Shown here: piece by piece, positions 1 to 7,108 of the stretch
Position numbering within the stretch: position 1 is the first letter of the stretch
Layout of the letters: the number at the start of each line of letters is the position of its first letter
Position numbers and translations under genes: made by a program
Notes under the pieces: generated by a model
What the model saw: the letters and a program-made list of their open reading frames with translations, nothing else
Database searches by the model: none
Told to the model about the DNA's origin: nothing
DNA from: Nitrosopumilus zosterae
Lineage (GTDB): Archaea; Thermoproteota; Nitrososphaeria; Nitrososphaerales; Nitrosopumilaceae
Direction of reading: 5' to 3'
Length of the DNA: 32,000 nucleotides
Assembly: GCF_025998175.1 (NCBI RefSeq)
Contig: NZ_AP026695.1
Span: 962,760 to 994,759 of the forward strand

Positions 1-215
1 CAGCAATTGCAACAATAATGGTGGTTGTAAAATGAGTATTTTCAACATATTATTCAAACACACCGCAAAGAATTATGAGATCAATGTCAGCATCAACGTC
101 AATAGACTCAGACTAGAAAATGCAACATCAAGATTGGAGGTTATTCAAAATTGAGCATATTAAAAATCATAGGAGAAATTCTAGAAGCATATGAAAAAAC
201 AGAAGGTCAGCCACC

Positions 216-308
216 ATGAGTAATTTTTTCAAAGTAATCGGGATTGCATTAGCCATACATTTCATTGTGAAAACAGTTCAAAAAGAATTGAAACAATTTG
301 AAGTGTAG
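216..308 (+). CDS. possible 30-aa hydrophobic micro-ORF (MSNFFKVIGIALAIHFIVKTVQKELKQFEV)
   Basis: ATG to TAG read by hand. It has a hydrophobic core then a basic tail, and a G5/C6 hairpin follows about 15 nt later. It is below the ORF-track cut-off and has no homology support. Confidence 0.15.
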   Translation: MSNFFKVIGIALAIHFIVKTVQKELKQFEV

Positions 309-325
309 ATGGACGCATCTCTTTT

Positions 326-379
326 GGGGGATAAACCCCCCTATCACACATAAAATGTGTGTACAAAATGCATACACAC
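326..379. other. cluster of short hairpins: G5-ATAAA-C6, then two mutually exclusive CACACAT/ATGTGTG and GTGTGTA/TACACAC stems
   Basis: Complementarity read directly: 326-330 pairs with 336-341, 345-351 with 355-361, and 357-363 with 373-379. Function is unknown. Confidence 0.4.
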
Positions 380-581
380 CATAAAATCAAATTTTGAACA
401 AGAATGAGAAAAATAGAATTACAGTTGATGAATCAGCAATTAATAACGCATTTGTATCCACAGATAATCTTTGATGAGTTTAGAGAATTATCATAATTCT
501 TTTTTTCAAATATTTGATTGAGCAACACAGATTTCTAAAAATAGTCTAAAATAACAGAATTTATCAAAATCAAGCCTAGGC

Positions 582-661
582 GTTAAACCCCCCTTGAAAA
601 ACGGTGCATTTAGTCACAAGATGATTTTTTCAAAATTACTAGTTTTAAGGGGGGGTTTAAC
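582..661. repeat. inverted repeat GTTAAACCCCCCTT ... AAGGGGGGGTTTAAC (14/15 nt arms, about 51-nt spacer)
   Basis: Arms at 582-595 and 647-661 are reverse complements apart from one extra G in the homopolymer. The region has no ORF of 60 aa or more. The element could be a hairpin RNA, a MITE-like element or a protein binding site. Confidence 0.5.
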
Positions 662-942
662 ACTCGTGCCTGGATATGAGATGCAATCATCAAACCACCA
701 AGCTCTCCCATCTAATCATACCCCAAGTTTTATTGTCGTGCGTAAAAGCTAAACCCTCTAAATTTTGATCAAAAAAGCATCCAAATCAGGCAATCATGAC
801 CAAGAATTCAAGTAATTACACATTCAAAAACCATGAATATTCATTAAATCTCAAGACGATAAATGTGCGATTTTAACAAAAATTTGGCTGAAAAAGAGGG
901 GGGATGCAGGATATGTTTTTGCCATTATTGATGCGTTTCAAC

Positions 943-949
943 TATATAA
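943..949 (+). promoter_or_regulatory. TATA-box-like element (TATATAA) for the 971 gene, implying a leaderless or near-leaderless mRNA
   Basis: TATATAA is centred about 25 nt upstream of the ATG at 971, which matches archaeal TATA-to-TSS spacing. A similar CATATAAC sits about 28 nt upstream of the ATG at 1549. Confidence 0.35.
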
Positions 950-970
950 CAAAATAATCAGAGTTATTTC

Positions 971-1456
971 ATGGCAGGAATGGGCGTAATTATTGTGATC
1001 GGCGCCATCATAGCTTCAATGGTTGTTGCAAATTACATGTATATACAATATACAACAAATTACATCGAGGCAGTTGCAGGAAAGCCAATCATGGTAGGTC
1101 CGGTGGAATACGCCATAACATTTGAAGGAACTCATGAAGGAAGTAAAGAAATGATGCCAGAAAATACATTTGTAAAAATTGGAATTACAGCCAAAAACAC
1201 CAGTGATGAAAAAACAATCCTTTCAGGAGGACAATTTTACATTGTTGATGAAAAAGATCAAAAACATGAGGCAGTATTCGGAGAGTTTTCTTCTAAAGAC
1301 CTATTCCTAGAATCATTAGAGCCAAACAAATCGATTGAGAGAACAACGCAGTTTGATATTCCATTTGATGAAGAAAAAAAATACAAAATAATTATTCGGC
1401 CACAAAAAGATCAATCAACAGTTGATACAGCTGTTGTTTGCATAAGAAATTGTTGA
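971..1456 (+). CDS. membrane-anchored protein with a DUF4352-like beta-sandwich ectodomain
   Basis: N-terminal TM helix (GVIIVIGAIIASMVVANYMY) followed by a beta-rich domain whose pattern (ITAKNTSDEK...FYIVDEKDQKHEA...ERTTQFDIPFD) resembles DUF4352. Called from memory, no search. Confidence 0.55.
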   Translation: MAGMGVIIVIGAIIASMVVANYMYIQYTTNYIEAVAGKPIMVGPVEYAITFEGTHEGSKEMMPENTFVKIGITAKNTSDEKTILSGGQFYIVDEKDQKHEAVFGEFSSKDLFLESLEPNKSIERTTQFDIPFDEEKKYKIIIRPQKDQSTVDTAVVCIRNC

Positions 1457-1548
1457 TCGTAAAACAAAAAATGTGTCAAATTTTTCTATAGTTTATGTTG
1501 TAATGTATGACTTTTACCATATAACACACATGATTTTCGCAAAAAGTT

Positions 1549-1932
1549 ATGGCAATATCCAAAGCCAAAAGAGCAGAAGCAGCTAAAAAAGCAGCAAGAA
1601 CTCGAAAGAGAAATGCAGCTAAAGCAGCCGCAGAAGCACTAAAAGCAGCCGCAGCTCGTAAGAGAAAGGCAGCAGCAACTCGAAGGAAGAACGCTGGCAA
1701 GGCAGCTCCAAAGAGAAAGGCAGCAGCAAAACGCAGAGCCGCTCCAAAGAGAAAGGCAGCGCCTAAGAGAAGAACTGCAGCTAAAAAAGCAGCTCCAAAG
1801 AGAAAGGCAGCAGCAAAACGCAGAGCCGCTCCAAAGAGACGTACTGCAGCTAAAAAAGCAGCTCCAAAGAGAAAGGCAGCAGCAAAACGCAGAGCCGCTC
1901 CAAAGAGAAAGGCAGCTAAACGTCGACGTTAA
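1549..1932 (+). CDS. highly basic Lys/Ala/Arg/Pro repeat protein (histone H1 tail-like or Hc1/AlgP-like), candidate nucleoid-associated protein
   Basis: 127-aa ORF made almost only of A, K, R, P and T, with 23-29 aa repeats (AAPKRKAAAKRRAAPKRRTAAKK). It has its own TATA-like box upstream and a T-run downstream (about 1948-1953). Confidence 0.7.
   Translation: MAISKAKRAEAAKKAARTRKRNAAKAAAEALKAAAARKRKAAATRRKNAGKAAPKRKAAAKRRAAPKRKAAPKRRTAAKKAAPKRKAAAKRRAAPKRRTAAKKAAPKRKAAAKRRAAPKRKAAKRRR
1702..1908 (+). repeat. in-frame tandem DNA repeat: an identical 51-nt core at 1702, 1789 and 1858 (periods 87 and 69 nt)
   Basis: The core gcagctccaaagagaaaggcagcagcaaaacgcagagccgctccaaagaga was read identically three times. 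Confidence 0.85.
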
Positions 1933-2014
1933 GCTGTCTATACTATCTTTTTTCTTATTTTACATATTGGATTTAGTATATTTCTAAACTCGAATTTAGA
2001 AACATTTGAAATCA

Positions 2015-2422
2015 TTACTCGTTGATCTTTAGTTCAGGCAAGACAAAAACTTTGATTGGTTTTATTTTCAGTATGATTCTTTTTTCATTGTCACGTTTGA
2101 AGGGATAGTGTTCACGTTCCATGTATTGTTGTGTGAGTTTATCAGCATGTTTGTATTCATAATCGGGAATCAAATCCTCAACTGTTCCGCGAATTGTTGT
2201 CATGTCAAGAGGATTGTCTCTAGATACAACAGAAACCGCAACCCTAGGATCACGTAAAACATTTTTGTGTTTTATTCTTCCCTCTGCAGTGTTCACCAAA
2301 ATATATCCATCTTCATAATTTGCCCAGACAGGAGATACCTGTGGGGAACCATCTTTCATAACAGTCGCAATGAAAACAAGATTTTTTTGTGAAAACAACT
2401 TTACTGCTTTTGCATCAATCAT
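2015..2422 (-). CDS. pyridoxamine 5'-phosphate oxidase (PPOX) family FMN/F420-binding split-barrel protein
   Basis: Pattern LVFIATVMKDGSPQVSPVW...GYILVNTAEGRIKHKNVLRDPRVAVSV is typical of the PPOX/Rv1155-like family, and 135 aa is the expected size. Confidence 0.8.
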   Translation of the reverse strand: MIDAKAVKLFSQKNLVFIATVMKDGSPQVSPVWANYEDGYILVNTAEGRIKHKNVLRDPRVAVSVVSRDNPLDMTTIRGTVEDLIPDYEYKHADKLTQQYMEREHYPFKRDNEKRIILKIKPIKVFVLPELKINE

Positions 2423-2570
2423 TTTTCACATACCAAAGAGGATCGATTGCCTTAGCAAACATTTTCAATTTTTTTGCTTTTTTTGTGGTTTTTTCTTGCA
2501 AATACATAGAAAAATCAGATGAGTAAATGATCGCATTTGACGATTTATTCACAACAATTTTCGAATGCAT
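2415..2570 (-). CDS. possible 51-aa Lys-rich small protein wedged between the ArsR-type and PPOX genes
   Basis: An ATG lies 1 nt after the ArsR-type stop (TAA A ATG). Its stop overlaps the PPOX start in an ATGATTGA junction. The track ORF 2415..2600 has an earlier start that overlaps the ArsR-type gene. No homology evidence. Confidence 0.3.
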   Translation of the reverse strand: MHSKIVVNKSSNAIIYSSDFSMYLQEKTTKKAKKLKMFAKAIDPLWYVKND

Positions 2571-2571
2571 T

Positions 2572-3072
2572 TTATTTTTTGTTAGATTTTTCAAGAACAT
2601 TAGTCATCGCCCTATTCATGATTTCCATCACCAAATATTGAGAATAGTCTTCAGATTTTTTTCCTTTTGATGCAGTTTTTGGGGTCAATCCTTTTAGAAT
2701 TTTTTCAATTTTTGTAGAAGTGTTGTGTATTACCTTTGAATACGTAGAATCAAAATCCACAGGAGTTTGAAAATCTAACAATTTTGTCGATGTGCTATAA
2801 TATTTTGTAATAGCACCACGAGATTCCTCAATTCGAACAATTTCAACTAGTCCCGATTCCTTTAGAATTTCTAAGTGATGACGCACTGTAGTCAATGCTT
2901 TTTTGTATCCAGTCTTTTTCAGAGCTGTTGAAATTTGATCTGCAGATAATGCCTGATGGTACAGAATTTCCATAATTTTTGCCCGTGCAGGGTCTTCAAT
3001 TGCACGTGCATGTTCAATACTTGTCGTAACAATACGATTAACTTTGATTTGCTTTTCTAACAACGTAGACAT
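2572..3072 (-). CDS. ArsR-family winged-helix transcription regulator with a C-terminal extension
   Basis: HTH_20/ArsR signature: DPARAKIMEILYHQALSADQISTALKKTGYKKALTTVRHHLEILKESGLVEIV. The protein has no Cys at all, so it is unlikely to be a thiolate metal sensor. Confidence 0.8.
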   Translation of the reverse strand: MSTLLEKQIKVNRIVTTSIEHARAIEDPARAKIMEILYHQALSADQISTALKKTGYKKALTTVRHHLEILKESGLVEIVRIEESRGAITKYYSTSTKLLDFQTPVDFDSTYSKVIHNTSTKIEKILKGLTPKTASKGKKSEDYSQYLVMEIMNRAMTNVLEKSNKK

Positions 3073-3185
3073 ACAAAAAACCCTTCAAATCTGATCTAAA
3101 AGATCCTTGTATCATATTTTTTTGTCTAATCGCATCAATTTTTGTTTACTTTAAAAAATATTGGACCGCTATCAAGTCAATCATT

Positions 3186-3272
3186 ACCGTTACAAGAAAT
3201 ATTGTAATGTATTACAATATTTTGATACCACTACAATGAATAAGATATCAGTATGACAATTATTGTAACGGT
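3186..3272. promoter_or_regulatory. nested inverted repeats: a perfect 12-2-12 palindrome (3197-3222) inside a 10-bp inverted repeat (3186-3195 / 3263-3272)
   Basis: AAATATTGTAAT-GT-ATTACAATATT T and ACCGTTACAA...TTGTAACGGT read directly. All share the half-site TTGTAA/TTACAA. The site lies 115-200 nt upstream of the ArsR-type start. Confidence 0.4.
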
Positions 3273-3401
3273 CTAAAAATTTTCAAAAAATGTTGAAAAA
3301 TGAGAAATCTAGGAAAATAAGTCAGAAAATGGCGATGATGACAGCATTTTGCAAATAATCAAAAACACAATTCGAGTTGAAAGAAAGGTACTATGCGTAT
3401 A

Positions 3402-3704
3402 CTAGGAATTTAATGATGAGATTATCTCTTGTTTAATATCTGCCAATCTATCATTGAACACTTCAGATATCAAATTCATCATTTCAAAAGTAGACTCTGC
3501 ATTAGTTTCTTGTTTATTATCAGTTCGTTTGTTATTTAGATAGTCAGTAGACTTTGCAACAAAAGAATGATAAACCATTCCAAGAATACAATCATCTAAA
3601 TTTACATCCCAATGTTCAGAATTTATCATGTTTGTGTAAGATGGGATTTGGTTAATCACAATGTTCATCAATGTTTCGATTTCTTTTTTGTCTTCAATTC
3701 CCAT
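3402..3704 (-). CDS. hypothetical protein (100 aa, acidic)
   Basis: Clean ORF placed 21 nt downstream of purC on the same strand. No motif recognised. Confidence 0.45.
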   Translation of the reverse strand: MGIEDKKEIETLMNIVINQIPSYTNMINSEHWDVNLDDCILGMVYHSFVAKSTDYLNNKRTDNKQETNAESTFEMMNLISEVFNDRLADIKQEIISSLNS

Positions 3705-3725
3705 AATCCATCAATTCTTTGAAGG

Positions 3726-4562
3726 TTAAAGAGTATTTCCAGTTATCTTTTCATATGCAAGAACATATCTCTGAGTCATTTTTTGAATGATTTCATCTGG
3801 AATTTCAGGGGGAATAGGTTCTCGTCCAGCATCACGCTCATCATCAAATTTTTTCTGATAACCATTAGCGGTTAACCAATCCCGTAACAGTTGTTTGTCA
3901 TATGCTTCTTGGATTTTTCCTACTTCATAGGAATCTTTTGGCCATAGTCTATACTCGTCTGGACCAATAGAATCACCCAAGGTAATTTTTCCGTCTAAAA
4001 TTCCAAATTCTAGTTTCAAATCAGCCAAAATAAAACCGGCATTATTTGCAATTGCAGCCATTTTTTTGTAAATGGCAATCGAAGCTTGCTCTAACCACCC
4101 ATATTGTTCCTCAGTTACCAAGTTCATATCCAGTGCTTTTGATTTGTTGATAGGAACATCATGTTCAGACTTTGTGGTAGGATCAAAAATTGGTTCAGGC
4201 AGCTTTGCAGCAAGTGTTGTGTCGGTTCCTTCTGGAACAGAAACCTCGCCTTGCTTCCATCTACTTACAAGACTGCCATAAAAATAACCTCTAACCACGC
4301 ATTCTATAGGCAACATCTTCATTTTTTTTACAACAATTTCAGTATCTGATTCTCTTCGAACAAAATGGTTTGGTACGGACAATTCGTTAAACCAAAATTC
4401 TGCAAACTTGCACAAAACTTCCCCTTTACGAGGAATATCCTGTTTGAACTTGACATCAAACGCTGAAACTCTATCTGAGAACTTGAAAAGTAGAGTATTT
4501 TCATCGACGTCATATAGATCCTTTACTTTGCCGCGTGTAAGAAACTTCAAACAATAAGACAT
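3726..4562 (-). CDS. purC: phosphoribosylaminoimidazole-succinocarboxamide (SAICAR) synthase
   Basis: Shows [16 protein letters not shown] and LADLKLEFG motifs characteristic of PurC. Confidence 0.95.
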   Translation of the reverse strand: MSYCLKFLTRGKVKDLYDVDENTLLFKFSDRVSAFDVKFKQDIPRKGEVLCKFAEFWFNELSVPNHFVRRESDTEIVVKKMKMLPIECVVRGYFYGSLVSRWKQGEVSVPEGTDTTLAAKLPEPIFDPTTKSEHDVPINKSKALDMNLVTEEQYGWLEQASIAIYKKMAAIANNAGFILADLKLEFGILDGKITLGDSIGPDEYRLWPKDSYEVGKIQEAYDKQLLRDWLTANGYQKKFDDERDAGREPIPPEIPDEIIQKMTQRYVLAYEKITGNTL

Positions 4563-4592
4563 TATTTTTATTGAATTTAACTGCTAGGAAAA

Positions 4593-4979
4593 TTAAGAAC
4601 CCATCATTCCAACCATTTTAGGCATTTCACGATACACTTTGTTTACGAAAATATCATTATCTGCAGATATCATAACGAATTCCATCGGATTGTCTGATGG
4701 TGGTGAAACGATGATTTTTTCACCAACATTTATTGTTCCTAGTTCCAAAGTATCACCAGCTCCAAAATTCACATGAACGTTTGTAAGCGGCAAATATCCA
4801 GTATTTTGTATAGTTACGCGCCCCATTACAAACATGCTTTGTTTGTCTAAAATAGGATCAACAAAGATATCATAATCTTGGGTGGAGACAGACAATTTTA
4901 AAATATCCATACCAAAGATTAGCATCATTATTCCAATGCCGCCAATACCTACTGCAATAATCACAGTATACTGTTTCAC
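4593..4979 (-). CDS. membrane-anchored hypothetical protein with a small beta-sandwich domain
   Basis: N-terminal TM helix (VIIAVGIGGIGIMMLIFG) followed by a beta-rich region (GRVTIQNTGYLPLTNVHVNF...GTINVGEKIIV) that is CARDB-like. Confidence 0.5.
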   Translation of the reverse strand: MKQYTVIIAVGIGGIGIMMLIFGMDILKLSVSTQDYDIFVDPILDKQSMFVMGRVTIQNTGYLPLTNVHVNFGAGDTLELGTINVGEKIIVSPPSDNPMEFVMISADNDIFVNKVYREMPKMVGMMGS

Positions 4980-5100
4980 GAATAATGGATTGTTTTTCTA
5001 ATAATTAAGACTAACCAGAAATAGTGAATTAATCCAAACGATAACCATATGCTTTCAGTACAATTTAATTCTGAAATGGTATTTTTTAAACAAGCATCAG

Positions 5101-5385
5101 TTAGGAATTAACCACTTTAACACCATTCCAAAACGCCACCATTCCCTTGATCTTCATGGCAGCATCATTTGGTTGCTCATAATACCAGGCACAATCTTTG
5201 TTAGTTTTTCCATTTACGGTAACTGAGTAATAATTCGCCATACCTTTCCAACCACAGAATGTCGTAAGATCAGTCTTTTGGAAATATTCTTTTTTTATAG
5301 AGTCAAATGGAAAATAATGATTTCCTTCAACAACTACCGTATTATCACTTTCAGCAATTACTACATCATTCCATATTGCTTGCAT
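5101..5385 (-). CDS. DUF427 domain protein
   Basis: The sequence AIWNDVVIAESDNTVVVEGNHYFP...TFCGWKGMANYYSV...AWYYEQP matches the DUF427 pattern. Confidence 0.8.
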   Translation of the reverse strand: MQAIWNDVVIAESDNTVVVEGNHYFPFDSIKKEYFQKTDLTTFCGWKGMANYYSVTVNGKTNKDCAWYYEQPNDAAMKIKGMVAFWNGVKVVNS

Positions 5386-5427
5386 GATATCAACTCAAAA
5401 ATACAATATTTAAAGAAATTTCCAAGA

Positions 5428-5682
5428 TTATTTTTTATTTTGCTCAGGTATTACAGATAACGTTGTAGTGGATATCACATGCGTGATTTTTCTAATTTGT
5501 TTTGTAATGATATCTGCAATTTCCAGTGAAGAGTTTGCCTCAATTTTTACAAAAATATCATAAAGGCCAAAAGTGCCCTTTGCCTCTTTGACTTGATCAA
5601 TTTTTAAAAGTTGACGCATAACATCCATTTCATGACTAATTTCACTTTTTACTAAAACCAAAGCTGTTTCCAACTTATTCAC
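5428..5682 (-). CDS. stand-alone Lrp/AsnC ligand-binding (RAM) domain protein
   Basis: 84 aa with a beta-alpha-beta-beta-alpha-beta pattern (ALVLVKSE...VKEAKGTFGLYDIFVKIEANS...ITHVISTTTLSV) and no HTH. A GTG start overlaps the purF stop (GTGAATAA). Confidence 0.7.
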   Translation of the reverse strand: MNKLETALVLVKSEISHEMDVMRQLLKIDQVKEAKGTFGLYDIFVKIEANSSLEIADIITKQIRKITHVISTTTLSVIPEQNKK

Positions 5683-7108
5683 CCTTCATTTCTTCTCTAC
5701 TTCGGAATTCAGGAGTTATTCCAAGTGACTCGTAATTTCCAGATGAGCATGTAAAACACATAGAGTCTTTTGGAATGCCTACAGCTGCTGCAAGGTTTTC
5801 TGCATCATTGTACCCCAAAAAGTCAGCACCTATACTTTGTCTAACCATTTCAGTAATCTCAATCTCACTCATTTCTTTGCCATCAGAAAATGTTGCGAGT
5901 TCTTCTCGTGATGGAAAATCAATTCCGGCATAACACGGAAATTTAATTGGAGGGTATGTTATCACCATACTGATTTTTCTAGCACCTGCTCTACGTAATG
6001 CTTTGATGATTGCCTTGGAACTTGTACCTCTAACTAAACTGTCATCAATAACAACTACATGTTTGCCTTCAATAATTTCCTTAATTGGAATAATCCATCG
6101 GTTAATTTCTATTCGGTCTGATTGATGAGGTTCGATAAAACTGCGCAATGGGCCTTTCTTGCTATATCTGTCTTTTAGAAGGCCCTCATCAAAGGAAACA
6201 CCAAGTTCTTGAGCATACCCTAATGCAGCAGGTCTTGCAGAATCAGGTACCGGAATTACTAAATCGGCATCATTTATTGGGAATTTTTTTGCCAAAAATC
6301 TGCCAATATTTTTTCTTGCAACATAGATGTTAGTTCCTTCCATATTGCTGGATGGATGTGCAAAGTAAGTAAATTCAAAAGAACAGTGTGCTCTTGTAAG
6401 ATCATCAGAGAAGCGTTCAGTTTCCAAACCATTTTTGCTTAATTTTATTAATTCACCAGGATTTACATTTCGTTGAAGTTTTGCTCCAACTGCAGATACA
6501 GCGGAAGACTCTGATGCAACAATGTATGTATCATCAGATTCTTTGTATCCCAGAACCATTGGGCGGAAACCTTTTGGATCACGTGCGGCATAAACTGAAT
6601 TATCATCAGAGATAAATGTAAAACAATAAGAACCAACCATCTCATTTTTAAGAATTGAAAGCGCTTTTCCCATTTGACCGTTCTCAGAGATTAATGTAAC
6701 TAGTCTCTGGGCTGCAACAAGAGTGTCACTTGCGTTCTGAGGGGTAAATGAACATCCACCTACTAGATTTGATAACTCTTGTACATTTGCGATGGTTCCA
6801 TTATGCGCAATACAAAGATCTTTTACTTTAAGAGGTTGGGCATTTTCCAACGAGCTTCGTCCCATTGTAGAATAGCGAACATGGCCTATCACTGCCGGAG
6901 AAGAATATTCTTCAGTTATTTTTTTGAATTCAGAGGAAGAGCCAGAAACCAATCCAAGTCGTTTAAGCGGAGGTTTGTTCGGAATTGCCAAGCCCCATGC
7001 TTCTTGTCCTCTGTGTTGAAGTGCCCTTAGTGCATCAATGACCATTGGGACAACATTAGTTCCACTAAGACTGAAAATTCCAACAACGCCACAATTTTCT
7101 TTAACCAT
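5675..7108 (-). CDS. purF: amidophosphoribosyltransferase
   Basis: N-terminal Ntn Cys (ENCGVVGI), HRGQEAWG, GHVRYST, and a PRTase motif (VVVIDDSLVRGTS). Confidence 0.95.
   Translation of the reverse strand: MVKENCGVVGIFSLSGTNVVPMVIDALRALQHRGQEAWGLAIPNKPPLKRLGLVSGSSSEFKKITEEYSSPAVIGHVRYSTMGRSSLENAQPLKVKDLCIAHNGTIANVQELSNLVGGCSFTPQNASDTLVAAQRLVTLISENGQMGKALSILKNEMVGSYCFTFISDDNSVYAARDPKGFRPMVLGYKESDDTYIVASESSAVSAVGAKLQRNVNPGELIKLSKNGLETERFSDDLTRAHCSFEFTYFAHPSSNMEGTNIYVARKNIGRFLAKKFPINDADLVIPVPDSARPAALGYAQELGVSFDEGLLKDRYSKKGPLRSFIEPHQSDRIEINRWIIPIKEIIEGKHVVVIDDSLVRGTSSKAIIKALRRAGARKISMVITYPPIKFPCYAGIDFPSREELATFSDGKEMSEIEITEMVRQSIGADFLGYNDAENLAAAVGIPKDSMCFTCSSGNYESLGITPEFRSREEMKGE

Noticed and set aside
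893-904. The identical 12-mer AAAGAGGGGGGA also occurs at 29981-29992
   Set aside because: In a 32-kb window, a few tens of identical 12-mer pairs are expected by chance. The two sites share no extended flanking similarity and sit in unrelated contexts (upstream of the 971 gene; between two convergent gene ends).
1476-1700. 74-aa Ala/Leu/Phe-rich ORF antisense to the basic repeat gene
   Set aside because: It is a mirror image of the GC-rich Lys/Ala/Arg codons on the other strand. It has no independent start context and runs into the upstream promoter region. The plus-strand frame, with its TATA-like box and T-run, is the better model.
4072-4513. Three track ORFs (4072..4281 +, 4161..4349 +, 4328..4513 -) inside purC
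   Set aside because: They lie entirely within the well-supported purC CDS in other frames, and their composition looks like shadow ORFs.
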